Positions 43,929-53,260 of a stretch of DNA of 64,000 nt are shown here, in pieces. A model generated the notes under the pieces. It made no database searches. It worked only from the letters and a program-made list of their open reading frames with translations, and was not told where the DNA came from. This DNA is from Chloroflexota bacterium (lineage in GTDB: Bacteria; Chloroflexota; Limnocylindria; P2-11E). The stretch lies in assembly GCA_005882255.1 (NCBI GenBank), contig VBEZ01000124.1, positions 1,126 to 65,125 on the forward strand. The letters run 5' to 3'. Within the stretch, counting starts at the first letter, position 1. The number at the start of each line of letters is the position of its first letter. Position numbers and translations under genes: made by a program.

Positions 43929-45062
43929 CTAGGGCGTGATCGGCAGCGTGAAACGCATGTCGGTGCCCTGACCCGCCGCGCTGATCGCCTCGATCTCACC
44001 GCCGTGGGCCACGACCAGGCTCTTGGCGATCGCGAGCCCGAGGCCCGCGCCGCGCGACTCCTCCGACTTGTAGAAGCGGTCGAACACGTGTGGCAGCGCC
44101 TCCGCGGCGATGCCGGGCCCGGTGTCGTGGACGGAGACGCGCACGTGGCCATCGAACGTCGACGCTCCAACGCGGACGTTTCCGCCGCGGGGCGTATAGC
44201 GCAGCGCATTCGACAGTAGGTTCGAGAGCACCTCGCGCATCCGCACGGGATCGACGTCCAACTGCGGCAGCGCGCCGTCGATGGCGGTGAGGAGGTCGAC
44301 GCCCGCGGCGTCGGCCTGGGAGCGAAACGACGCGACGGCGTCCGTCACGAGCTGCGCGGGGTCCGTTGGCTCGCGATGGAGGGTGAGCGCGCCGGCTTCC
44401 GCGAGGGACAGCGTGCGGAGATCGTCCACCAGACGCGAGATCACGCGCGTCTCGTCGAGGATCGGCTCGAGATGCTGAGCGTCCGCCGGGTACAGGCCAT
44501 CGAGCAGCGCCTCGAGGTTGCCCTGCATGATCGTGAGCGGCGTTCGCAGCTCGTGCGTTACGTCAGCGAGCAGCCGCCGACGCTGCTCCTCGCTCGTCTC
44601 GAGGCGCTCGCTCATCGCGTTGAACGCCCGCGCGAGGGCCCGCAGCTCCCGCGGACCGCGCGGCCGCACGCGTGCGCCGTAGTCCCCGGCCTCGACGCTC
44701 TGCGCCGCGTCGATCAGGTCACCGAGCGGGATCACGAGGCGACGGATGCCGCGCGCGACGGCGAACGCGACGATGACGACGGCGAGAATCGCCAGGGGCA
44801 CGAAGATCGCGGATCCGCCGCCGGCGCCGGGAGAGTTGAACGCGTTGATGAGCAGCACGACGAACGACGCGACGACGAACGCAAAGAACAGGAACGCCAA
44901 GAACACGAAGGCCGCGGCGCGGCGCACGAAGCGCCTGCTCATGCGCCAGCGCTCGGATGGTCCGCTTGGCGGCCAGGCTTCTCCCTGTGGCCACCACGGC
45001 GGGCGGTTCCCCGTCGTCCAGGAGCGACTCCCCCACGTTCCGCGGCGACGTTCGGGCGGCAC
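43929..45062 (-). CDS. sensor histidine kinase (HAMP-HisKA-HATPase)
   Basis: H box HELRTPLT, N box LLSNALRYTP, G boxes DTGPGI and GLGLAIAKSLV. One TM pair at the N-terminus. Confidence 0.9.
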   Translation of the reverse strand: MPPERRRGTWGSRSWTTGNRPPWWPQGEAWPPSGPSERWRMSRRFVRRAAAFVFLAFLFFAFVVASFVVLLINAFNSPGAGGGSAIFVPLAILAVVIVAFAVARGIRRLVIPLGDLIDAAQSVEAGDYGARVRPRGPRELRALARAFNAMSERLETSEEQRRRLLADVTHELRTPLTIMQGNLEALLDGLYPADAQHLEPILDETRVISRLVDDLRTLSLAEAGALTLHREPTDPAQLVTDAVASFRSQADAAGVDLLTAIDGALPQLDVDPVRMREVLSNLLSNALRYTPRGGNVRVGASTFDGHVRVSVHDTGPGIAAEALPHVFDRFYKSEESRGAGLGLAIAKSLVVAHGGEIEAISAAGQGTDMRFTLPITP

Positions 45063-45064
45063 GG

Positions 45065-45751
45065 CTAGGTCTGGTCGTCGGCGAAGCGATAGCCGACGCC
45101 ATACACGGTCAACAGGTAACGCGGCTCGCGGGGATCGGGCTCGAGCTTGCGGCGGATGTTCTTCACGTGCGCGTCGATGGCGCGTTCGTAGGACTCGAAT
45201 TCGACGCCGTGCACCGCGTCGAGCAGCTGCGCGCGCGTGAAGATGCGGCCGGGCGCGCGCGCGAGCGCGACGAGGAGCTGGAACTCCGTCGGCGTGAGCT
45301 CCACCGCACGATCGCCGACGCGCACGCGCATGCGCGGCACGTCGAGCGTGACGTCGCCCGCGCGAACGATGTCGCCGGCGTCGGGCGGCCGTTCGGTGCG
45401 CCGGAGCACGGCGCGGATCCGCGCGACGAGCTCCTTCGGGCTGAACGGCTTCGTCACGTAATCGTCCGCGCCGATCTCGAGGCCCGCGATCTTGTCCGCC
45501 TCGTCGCCGCGGCCGGTGAGCATCACGATCGGCACGGTGGAGTCGCGGCGAAGCGTGCGCGCGACGTCGAGGCCGTCGAGCTCGGGCAGTCCGAGATCGA
45601 GGACCACCAGATCCGGTCGGGACGAACGCGCGGTCGCGAGCGCCGCCTTTCCATCGGAGGCGCTCACGACCGCGAATCCCGCGTGCTCGAGGTAGTCCCG
45701 CGCGAGCTGGACGATCTTCGGCTCGTCGTCGACGACGAGGATCGTCTTCAT
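45065..45751 (-). CDS. OmpR/PhoB-family response regulator
   Basis: Receiver domain (ILVVDDEP, DLVVLDLGLP, MLTGRG) plus a winged-helix output domain (LTPTEFQLLVAL, YLLTVYGVGYRF). Confidence 0.95.
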   Translation of the reverse strand: MKTILVVDDEPKIVQLARDYLEHAGFAVVSASDGKAALATARSSRPDLVVLDLGLPELDGLDVARTLRRDSTVPIVMLTGRGDEADKIAGLEIGADDYVTKPFSPKELVARIRAVLRRTERPPDAGDIVRAGDVTLDVPRMRVRVGDRAVELTPTEFQLLVALARAPGRIFTRAQLLDAVHGVEFESYERAIDAHVKNIRRKLEPDPREPRYLLTVYGVGYRFADDQT

Positions 45752-45761
45752 TCTCGCGATG

Positions 45762-46115
45762 CTAGGTGCTGGTCGAGGAGGGTCGGTCCGTGCTGCTCGG
45801 CTTCTCGCGGTGCAGCTCGTCGTGCAGATCCTCGATCCGCTGGCGTCCGCTGCCCCATCCGCGACCGCCGTACCCGCCCCGTCCGCCCCACATCGCGGCG
45901 CGAAGCGCGCCGAAGATGAGGAAGAGGAAGAAGAGCGGGAACAGGAGTCCGAGGAAACCGAAGCCGAAGCCCCAGTGCGGGTACCCGTAGTACGCGACCG
46001 GCGCCGCGCCGGCGGGGATGGTGGTGGCGAGGCCCTGTGACAGGCCGAGCTGATACGCGAACACGCCGACGATCAACGCGATGACCGCGACGGCGAGGAC
46101 CCTGAGACCGTTCAT
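45762..46115 (-). CDS. small Gly/Phe-rich membrane protein heading the two-component operon
   Basis: The ATG at 46115 is preceded by AAAGGGG. TM helices and a GWGSG / GGRGGYGGRG tail. The 507-aa ORF 45762..47285 is otherwise antisense to the phosphotransferase gene. Confidence 0.6.
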   Translation of the reverse strand: MNGLRVLAVAVIALIVGVFAYQLGLSQGLATTIPAGAAPVAYYGYPHWGFGFGFLGLLFPLFFLFLIFGALRAAMWGGRGGYGGRGWGSGRQRIEDLHDELHREKPSSTDRPSSTST

Positions 46116-46223
46116 TGGTGAACCCCTTTCGTTGCGTGTCTCGACGAGAAGAGTCGCTCGGCCATGTGAAGCCGTTATGAAGACACGGCGGAGACCTCCG
46201 GCGGTGCGGCAAACTCGTGCTAC

Positions 46224-46988
46224 ATGAGCGAAGAGGTCGCGCTCGGCGGCAATCTCTCGGATGCCCTGCGCGTCGGCAATACGGTGCGCCGCCGGGCCGG
46301 GCCCTGGACCCCCGCGGTGCACGCGCTGCTGCGGCATCTCGAGGCCGTCGGGTTCGAGGGATCGCCGCGCGTCATTGGCATCGACGAGCACGGCCGCGAG
46401 GTGCTGGCGTACATCGGGGGCGACGGACCAACGGGTTGGCCGGACCCGATGCCCCAGTACGTCTGGCGCGACTCGAACCTCATCGCCGCGGCGAGGCTGC
46501 TGCGCCGGTACCACGACTCGCAGGCCGGCTTCACGCCACCTGCGCCGGCGACCTGGCGATGGCCGAGCAACTCGGGAGAAGTCATCTGCCACAACGACGT
46601 CGCGCCGTTCAACGCCGTCTTCCGCGACGGCGAGCTCTTTGCGATGCTCGATTTCGACAACGCCGGACCCGGACGCCGCCTGTGGGACGTTGCGATGGGG
46701 ATCTGGCGCTGGGTGCCTGTCTACAACGACTCTGATCCGACGGTCCGCGATCGCGCGGCGCGCGTCCGCCTGTTCTGCGACGCCTATGGTCTCGGTCCCG
46801 AGCGCAAGGAGGTCATCGACGCTCTCTTGGATCGCCAGAAGGCCGGGAGAGAGTTCGCCCGCGACCAGGTGGCACGCGGTGATCCGGGCTTCGCGAAGAT
46901 CTGGAGCTGGTTCCCCAACGACTCGTACCTGCTTGAAGCCATCGCCTACATCGAGGCGCATCGCGACGAGCTGTCGCGCGATCTCTAG
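46224..46988 (+). CDS. aminoglycoside/choline-kinase-like phosphotransferase (APH family)
   Basis: Catalytic loop ICHNDVAPFNAVF and the metal-binding motif MLDFDNAGPG. Confidence 0.8.
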   Translation: MSEEVALGGNLSDALRVGNTVRRRAGPWTPAVHALLRHLEAVGFEGSPRVIGIDEHGREVLAYIGGDGPTGWPDPMPQYVWRDSNLIAAARLLRRYHDSQAGFTPPAPATWRWPSNSGEVICHNDVAPFNAVFRDGELFAMLDFDNAGPGRRLWDVAMGIWRWVPVYNDSDPTVRDRAARVRLFCDAYGLGPERKEVIDALLDRQKAGREFARDQVARGDPGFAKIWSWFPNDSYLLEAIAYIEAHRDELSRDL

Positions 46989-47530
46989 CGCAGCGTCGCG
47001 TCGAGCCAGCGCGCTACCTGATCGATGGCCAACGACTCCTTGGCTCCGAAGTCGTGGCCGGCGCCCTCGACCACGACGAGATCGATGAGCGGATTGACGA
47101 GTGCGATGCGCTGCAGGACCGCCAGCGGTCCGAGCTCGTCGCGCTCGCCCTGAACGACAAGCGTCGGGCACCGCATGCCCTGCAGCGCCTCCTCGTCGGC
47201 AGGGCGCGGACGGTCCGGTGGAGAGATCGGATGGCCGAGGATCGCGAGCGCGTCGGGAGGCTCGAGCGCCGCCAGGAACGCGCACATGCGTCCGCCGAAG
47301 CTGCGACCGATCAGCGCGATCCTGTCGTGTTCCGCGCGCAAGACGTCGCGCGCGGCGCGGAGGTCGTCGAGCTCGGTGGCGTACTCGCGGCTCGGCCGCT
47401 TTCCCCGCGTTCGGAACGTGACCGCGTGGCTCGCGATGCCGTACGACGCGAGTCGCTTCACGAGCGTGCGGAGGATCGGCTGTTCCGCGGTGCCGCCGTA
47501 ACCCGGTGCGAGAACGGCGGCCCGCGTCAA
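46985..47530 (-). CDS. alpha/beta hydrolase
   Basis: Nucleophile elbow IGRSFGG and C-terminal GAGHDF. 4-nt overlap with the ligD stop. Confidence 0.75.
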   Translation of the reverse strand: MTRAAVLAPGYGGTAEQPILRTLVKRLASYGIASHAVTFRTRGKRPSREYATELDDLRAARDVLRAEHDRIALIGRSFGGRMCAFLAALEPPDALAILGHPISPPDRPRPADEEALQGMRCPTLVVQGERDELGPLAVLQRIALVNPLIDLVVVEGAGHDFGAKESLAIDQVARWLDATLR

Positions 47531-49932
47531 CGCGATTTCGCGCCGATCTTCGGCAGCTTCTGCGCCAGATCGTGCGCCGGCGCCAGCAGGTCGCCTACGG
47601 ACGCAAGGCGGGCCGACATGTTCGCCATCGTGAACGCGTCGGGACGGCCGAGCGCGCCGATCTCGTCCCAGCGCAGCGGCGCCGAGACGGGCGCGCGGCG
47701 GATCGGCCGCACGCTGTATGGCCCGGCGGTCGTTTTCCCCCGCACGTTCTGCAGGAAGTCGATGTAGACGCCGCGCCGGCGGTCCTTCACGACCTCGACC
47801 GTGATCAGCTTGGGCGCGCGCTCACGCGCGGCCTTGCCGAGCTCGAGGACGAAGTTGCGCGACTCGTCGAAGGTGTACTTCCGGGCGATCGGGACCCAGA
47901 CGTGGATCCCCCGCGATCCGGTCGTCTTCGGGAAGCCCTGGAGGTCCATCGCGTCGAGCAGCTCGTGCACGACCCGCGCGGCCTCCTTCACATCGTCCCA
48001 GGTCGCCCCGGTGGACGGATCGAGGTCGATGATCGCGATGTCCGGATGATCGGGATCGTCGACGCGCGAGAGCCAGGGATGGATCTCGATCGCGGTGTAG
48101 TTCGCGAGCCATACCAGCGTCGCCAGGTCGTTCCCGAGCACGTAGTCGATGCCGCCATCGCGTTCGGCGGTCTTGTCGACCCAGGTCTTGATCCACCTGG
48201 GCGTGAACTCGGGTTTGTCCTTCTGATAGAAGAACGGGCCCGCGATCCCATCGGGCATCACCTTCAGCGTGAGCGGCCGATCGGTGATCGCGGGCAGGAG
48301 ATACGGCGAGACCTCGGTGTAGTACCTGATGAGATCGGCCTTCGTGTAGCCATCCTCCGGAAAGATCACCTTCTCGAGGTTGGTGAGCCGGAGGTCGTGA
48401 CCGTCGATGTGCAGGATCGACGGCACGCGCGCCTTGGGGGCGCTCGCCGCCGCACCATTCCCGCTCTGGGACACGCGCGCGGCCTCGCGTAGCGCGTTCT
48501 TCGTCGTCTCGCGGCGCTCTTCGCCGGTGCATTCCTCCGGGCTGATGTCGGCCCGCAGCCCGCGGTAGCTCGGGTGCCGCAGCGTTCCCTCGCGCGTCAT
48601 CTCCGCGTACTGCACCTCGCACACGAGCTCGGGCAGACACCAGTGCGCCGGAGCGTTCACGCGCGGCTCGCTCGCGAACGGCATGGTCGGCGACTCGCGT
48701 TCTTTGAGCGTCGCGAGGAGCTCCTTGAGCGTGCGCTCGTCGAAGCCCGAGCCGACATGACCGACGGGGATGAGCTTGCCCTCACGGTAGATGCCGAGCA
48801 GCAGCGCGCCGAGCGCCTTCGATCGACCGCCCTCGCCCTCGGTCCAGCCCCCGATGACGCACTCCATCGTGCGGAAGGCCTTGATCTTCACCCAGGCCGC
48901 GGAGCGCCCCCGGACGTACGGCGCGTCGAGGCGTTTCGCGACGATCCCCTCGATCCCCTGCTCCTTCGCGGCCACGAAGAGGGCGACGCCGGTGCCGACG
49001 AACTGCTCCGAGCGCCGGATCGCGCCCATCGGCGTGAGGACCTCGTCGAGCAGGCGCTGTCGCTCGCGGAGCGGCTTCCGGCCCAGATCGTCGCCGTCGA
49101 GCCAGAGCAGGTCGAAGACCTCGTAGATCACGGGCGTCGTGCGACGCAGCTTGCGCACCGCCGACTCGTCGCGTACGTGCATCCGCGGCTGGAGCCGCTG
49201 GAACGACGGCGCGCCGCGCTCGTCGAGCGCGACGACCTCGCCGTCGAAGATCGCCTGGTAGCCGCCGGTGTTCGCCTCGGCGATCTGGTGCGCCTCGGGG
49301 TACTGCGACGTGCAGTCGAGCAGGTTGCGCGTCTGCAGACGCACCACGCCGCCATCGACGAACGCGAGCGTTCGCACGCCGTCCCATTTCGGCTCGAAGG
49401 CGAAGTCCGGCGAGTCGAACGGCTCGTCCGCGGTGATCGCGAGCATCGGCTCGACCTTCGCGTCGAGCGGGTGGTCCTTCACGACCGGGCCGTGCTTGAT
49501 CATCAGCCAGTCGCGGCCCTCGTTCTGCTTCGTCTTCACGAGGACCCACTCGCCATCGAGGCGCCGACCGTGGAAGGCGACCTTGTACTCGTTCTCGCTG
49601 TCCTTGAGCAGGTCGTAGGTCCCTTGGTCCCAGATCGTCATCGAGCCCGCGCCATACCCGTCGGGGATCACGCCCGAGAAGTCGAGGTATTCGATGGGGT
49701 GGTCCTCGGTGTGGACGGCGAGCCGGCGTTTGCCGCCCTCCAGCGGCGGGCCCTGCGGTACCGCCCACGAGGCGAGGATGCCGCGCATCTCGAGCCGAAC
49801 ATCCCAGTGCAGACGCGTCGCGTGATGCCGGTGCACCACGTAGCGGCGGGTAGGCTCCTGCTTCGGGCGCTGGCCTTTCGGCTCGGGCGTCCGCTTGAAG
49901 TCGCGTTTGCGCTGGTATTCCTCGAGGCTCAC
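47527..49932 (-). CDS. ligD: multidomain ATP-dependent DNA ligase LigD (phosphoesterase - ligase - polymerase/primase)
   Basis: PE domain: LEEYQRKRDFKRTPEP, VVHRHHATRLHWDVRLE. Ligase domain: FEPKWDGVR, DGEVV, EGIVAK. Pol domain: LIRYYTEVSPYLL, FFYQKD, TTGSRGIHVWVP. The ORF extends to 50058. The GTG at 49932 is preferred because PE domains usually start a few residues before L.EY..KRDF. Confidence 0.9.
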   Translation of the reverse strand: MSLEEYQRKRDFKRTPEPKGQRPKQEPTRRYVVHRHHATRLHWDVRLEMRGILASWAVPQGPPLEGGKRRLAVHTEDHPIEYLDFSGVIPDGYGAGSMTIWDQGTYDLLKDSENEYKVAFHGRRLDGEWVLVKTKQNEGRDWLMIKHGPVVKDHPLDAKVEPMLAITADEPFDSPDFAFEPKWDGVRTLAFVDGGVVRLQTRNLLDCTSQYPEAHQIAEANTGGYQAIFDGEVVALDERGAPSFQRLQPRMHVRDESAVRKLRRTTPVIYEVFDLLWLDGDDLGRKPLRERQRLLDEVLTPMGAIRRSEQFVGTGVALFVAAKEQGIEGIVAKRLDAPYVRGRSAAWVKIKAFRTMECVIGGWTEGEGGRSKALGALLLGIYREGKLIPVGHVGSGFDERTLKELLATLKERESPTMPFASEPRVNAPAHWCLPELVCEVQYAEMTREGTLRHPSYRGLRADISPEECTGEERRETTKNALREAARVSQSGNGAAASAPKARVPSILHIDGHDLRLTNLEKVIFPEDGYTKADLIRYYTEVSPYLLPAITDRPLTLKVMPDGIAGPFFYQKDKPEFTPRWIKTWVDKTAERDGGIDYVLGNDLATLVWLANYTAIEIHPWLSRVDDPDHPDIAIIDLDPSTGATWDDVKEAARVVHELLDAMDLQGFPKTTGSRGIHVWVPIARKYTFDESRNFVLELGKAARERAPKLITVEVVKDRRRGVYIDFLQNVRGKTTAGPYSVRPIRRAPVSAPLRWDEIGALGRPDAFTMANMSARLASVGDLLAPAHDLAQKLPKIGAKSR

Positions 49933-49966
49933 GCTTATGGCTCCAGCCAATTCTCGGGGAGGTGCG

Positions 49967-51598
49967 ATGGTGCCGTCGGCGTTCGCGTCGCTCGTCGATT
50001 CGTTCCTGAAAGAGGAGTACGAGGACTCCCCGACCCTCGCCTCCAGCCTCGGGCTCACCGAGTACGACGAGCGCCTCGACGATACGAGCGCGGCCGCCTA
50101 CGAGCGGCGCCGCGCGTCCGACCTCGAGTGGCTGCGGAAGTTCCGCGCGGTCGGCGGCGACGGTCTGGCGCCCGCCGAGAGCATCGACCGGGACCTGCTC
50201 GTCTCGGTCCTGCGTGGGCGCGAGCTCTACCAGCCGCTCGAGATGTGGAAGCGACAGCCGAACTACTACCTGAACCCCGGCCTGAACGGGGTGTTCTCGC
50301 TCTTCCTCCACCGCCTGCGCCCCGAGCGCGAGCTGGCCGCCGCCGCGGCGACGCGGCTCGAAGGCGTGCCGACCAACATCAAGGACGGCATCGCGAATCT
50401 CGACTTCGCGCGGACGCCGCGCGTCTATGCCGAGCGGGCGATCGGTCAGGCCAGAGCCGCGGCGCGGTACGCGCGCGAGCTCGTTCCCGCGGAGGTCAAG
50501 GACGCCTCGTCGAAACAACGCCTCACCGAGGCCGGCGCGAAAGCCGCGCGCGCGTTCGACGAATTCGCGGCGTACCTCGAATCGAACAAGCAGCGCGCGC
50601 TGGGCGACTGGGCGGTCGGCGAGGAGCTGTACACGGCGCTCCTGCGCGACAAGGAGCTCCTGCCGTTCGGCGCCGCCGAGCTGCGCGAGCGCGGTCGCGA
50701 GCAGCATGCGCTCCTCTCGACGGAGGCGAATCGCATCGCCACCGAGATCGACGGCTCGGGCGATTGGGCGAAGACGTGCGACCGGCTCAACAAGATCCAC
50801 GCGCCGACGCCCGACGCGATGCGCGACGAGTACGCCGAGTGGACCGAGCGGGCGCGCACGTTCCTGCGCGACACCCAGCTCGTCACGTTGCCGGCGGGCG
50901 AGAAGTGCACGGTCGAGCCCTCACCTCCCTTCCAGCGCCCGGTGCTGGCGGTCGCCTCGTACCAGCGGCCGCCGGCGTTCCGCGACACGCTCCACGGTCA
51001 CTTCTTCGTGCCCTATCCGCCCGATGGCACGTCACCGGAAGAGGTGCAGAAGCGGCTCGAAGGCAACTGCAGCGCCGGCATCCCGACGACGGCCGTGCAC
51101 GAGGCGTATCCGGGTCACCACTGGCATCTCGTGATGGCCAAGGCCAACCCGTCGCACGCGCGGCGGATCTTCGGTACGCCGTACTTCAGCGAGGGCTGGG
51201 CCCTCTACGCCGAGCGGGTCATGCGTGAGCAGGGCTTCTTCACCGATCCGAAGCACCTCCTCTATCAATACGAGGCCACGATCTTTCGCGCGGCGCGCAT
51301 CGTCGTCGACACGAGCCTGCACATGGGCGAGATGACCTTCGACGATGCGGTGAAGTTCATGGTCGAGAAAGGAAATCTCACCGAGCCCAACGCGCGCGCG
51401 GAGGTCGGCCGCTATTGCAGCTGGCCGACGCAGGCGTCGAGCTACCTCACCGGCATGCTCGAGATCATCGATATCCGCACGCGCTGGCTCGCGCGGCGCG
51501 GCAAGTCGGATCGTCCGGCGCTGCGGGCGTTCCACGACGCGATCACGTCCGCCGGCATGTTGCCGACGACGCTGGCGGAGAAGGCGATCGCGGACTGA
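49967..51598 (+). CDS. DUF885-family protein (putative metallopeptidase-like)
   Basis: Motif HEAYPGHHWH. The N-terminus (FASLVDSFLKEEYEDSPTLASSLGLTEYD) is typical of DUF885. The ATG at 49967 is preceded by GGGGAGG. Confidence 0.8.
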   Translation: MVPSAFASLVDSFLKEEYEDSPTLASSLGLTEYDERLDDTSAAAYERRRASDLEWLRKFRAVGGDGLAPAESIDRDLLVSVLRGRELYQPLEMWKRQPNYYLNPGLNGVFSLFLHRLRPERELAAAAATRLEGVPTNIKDGIANLDFARTPRVYAERAIGQARAAARYARELVPAEVKDASSKQRLTEAGAKAARAFDEFAAYLESNKQRALGDWAVGEELYTALLRDKELLPFGAAELRERGREQHALLSTEANRIATEIDGSGDWAKTCDRLNKIHAPTPDAMRDEYAEWTERARTFLRDTQLVTLPAGEKCTVEPSPPFQRPVLAVASYQRPPAFRDTLHGHFFVPYPPDGTSPEEVQKRLEGNCSAGIPTTAVHEAYPGHHWHLVMAKANPSHARRIFGTPYFSEGWALYAERVMREQGFFTDPKHLLYQYEATIFRAARIVVDTSLHMGEMTFDDAVKFMVEKGNLTEPNARAEVGRYCSWPTQASSYLTGMLEIIDIRTRWLARRGKSDRPALRAFHDAITSAGMLPTTLAEKAIAD

Positions 51599-51663
51599 AT
51601 TCCCGCCCGCCCAGAGGCCGTGCGAGCGCTCGCTGATCAAGTGCTGCTAATACATTCGCGCGT

Positions 51664-52254
51664 ATGCCACCCAGCATCTTCGACGCGCCGCTCTACGCGT
51701 TCGTCGTCGTCCTCGGCATCGGGCTCATCGTGCTCGCGCGGTGGGCCGCGCGCCGCCACGGAACGCGGTGGGAATCTCTCGTCGCGCTGCGGGTCGGCGA
51801 CGTTCTGTTCACCGAGCTCGTCGGTGCCTTCCTCATCGGTTTCGGGATCGGCGCTCTCATCGCACCCCAGCTCGACTCCCCCGGTCCTCCCGGTCCGCCG
51901 GGGCGCCCGGTCCCGCCGTCACGTTTCGGCGGCGCGCTCTCCGGCAGCCGCTTGCCGTTCGTGCTGGGGATCGCCTTCGCCGCCATCACCGCCGCCGTAC
52001 GCATCGACTGGACCGACCACCTGCTACGTGGGCCATCGAAAGGAAACTCGCTCACGACCTACATCGGGTGGGACGCGAAAGTGGTCGCGCCGATCCGGGC
52101 CGGCGAATTCGGTGAGATCGCGCTGCCCGACGGATCCGGAAACGTCATGTCGGTCGTCGCGACCGCGGACACGGACATCGCGCTCGGCACACACGTTCGC
52201 GTTACCGGGACGAAGGAACTGAACCTTGTGGTGACACCGATCCCGAATGGTTGA
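51664..52254 (+). CDS. NfeD-like membrane protein (C-terminal OB-fold), tentative
   Basis: TM helices, a PGPPGPPGRPVPP linker, and the C-terminal segment IGWDAKVVAPIRAGEFGEIALPDGSGNVMSVVATADTDIALGTHVRVTG, which resembles the NfeD C-terminal domain. Confidence 0.5.
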   Translation: MPPSIFDAPLYAFVVVLGIGLIVLARWAARRHGTRWESLVALRVGDVLFTELVGAFLIGFGIGALIAPQLDSPGPPGPPGRPVPPSRFGGALSGSRLPFVLGIAFAAITAAVRIDWTDHLLRGPSKGNSLTTYIGWDAKVVAPIRAGEFGEIALPDGSGNVMSVVATADTDIALGTHVRVTGTKELNLVVTPIPNG

Positions 52255-52351
52255 GTCGCCCGCCAATTCCTGTCGCCGGGCCTTGACACGGGGCTGTACG
52301 CTTCGCGCGGCAAGCCGCGCGCAAAAGAGAACAAGCGGCTGGGGGTGGCGA

Positions 52352-53233
52352 ATGCCTCGTTCGATCTGGCGTGGAGTCATGAGCTTCGGGATGGTCGCCA
52401 TCCCCGTGCGGCTCTATCTGGCGACGGAGAGCACCAGCAAGGTCTCGTTCAACCTCCTCTGTCCCGAGCACAAGGCGCGCATCAAGAACAAGCGCTGGTG
52501 CCCGGAGGGTGACCACGAGGTCGCCTGGGGTGACGTCGTGCGCGGCTATGAGTACGAGAAGGGCAGCTACGTCGAGCTCGACGACGCCGATCTCGAGAAG
52601 CTCCCGCTGCACAGCAGCAAAGCGATCGACATCGCCGGCTTCATCGAGGACAAGGAGCTGCCGGGCGAGCTCTACTACCAATCGGCGTACTACCTCGAGC
52701 CGGAGAAGTCGGCCGCCAAGCCGTACGCCCTCCTCAAGAAGACGCTCGAGAAGACCGATCGCGTCGCCATCGCGAAGTTCGCCCTCCGCGATCGCGAGCG
52801 CCTCGTCTCGGTGCGGTCGCACGACGGCGCGCTCGTGATGAACACGCTGCACTGGCCCGACGAGATCCGCTCGACGGAGGAGCTCGAGCTGCCCGACGAC
52901 GTGAAGGTGAGCCCGGCCGAAGCGAAGATGGCCGAGAACCTCGTCGGCATGATGGCCATGAAGTTCGAGCCGGATGAGTTCAAGGACGAATACAAGAAGG
53001 CGCTCATGGAAGTGGTCGAGGCCAAGGTCGAGAAGCGCCAGATCATCGAAGCGCCCGAGCCGGAGGCCGAGACGACCGTCGTCGACCTCATGTCGGCTCT
53101 CAAGGCATCGGTCGAAAAAGCGAAGAAGGGCGAGGTCGCCCGTGGCCGCGAGGGCCGTGGGGGGCACGAGTCGCTCGCCAGTGGCAAGAAGACGACCGCG
53201 CGCGAGAAGAGCGCGCGAAAGAAGGCCTCCTAA
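52352..53233 (+). CDS. ku: NHEJ DNA end-binding protein Ku
   Basis: The ATG at 52352 gives MPRSIWRGVMSFGMVAIPVRLY, the canonical bacterial Ku N-terminus. Lys-rich C-terminal tail. Confidence 0.95.
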   Translation: MPRSIWRGVMSFGMVAIPVRLYLATESTSKVSFNLLCPEHKARIKNKRWCPEGDHEVAWGDVVRGYEYEKGSYVELDDADLEKLPLHSSKAIDIAGFIEDKELPGELYYQSAYYLEPEKSAAKPYALLKKTLEKTDRVAIAKFALRDRERLVSVRSHDGALVMNTLHWPDEIRSTEELELPDDVKVSPAEAKMAENLVGMMAMKFEPDEFKDEYKKALMEVVEAKVEKRQIIEAPEPEAETTVVDLMSALKASVEKAKKGEVARGREGRGGHESLASGKKTTAREKSARKKAS

Positions 53234-53260
53234 GCAAGGTCCGCTCGATATGCTCGGCGA

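Noticed and set aside
46985-46988. Convergent genes sharing overlapping stop codons within CTAG (APH gene and hydrolase gene). A similar CTAA overlap occurs at 13041..13044.
   Set aside because: This is real but trivial. It is common gene packing and has no functional implication that I can support.
48574-51228. Very long alternative-frame or antisense ORFs. Examples: 48574..51228 (884 aa), 52202..53893 (563 aa), 31124..32623 (499 aa), 24564..26309 (581 aa), 21345..23051 (568 aa), 2890..4284 (464 aa).
   Set aside because: All overlap genes with strong family motifs. Their translations are Arg/Ala/Gly/Pro-rich and low in complexity, as expected for shadow ORFs in GC-rich DNA. None carries a recognisable domain.
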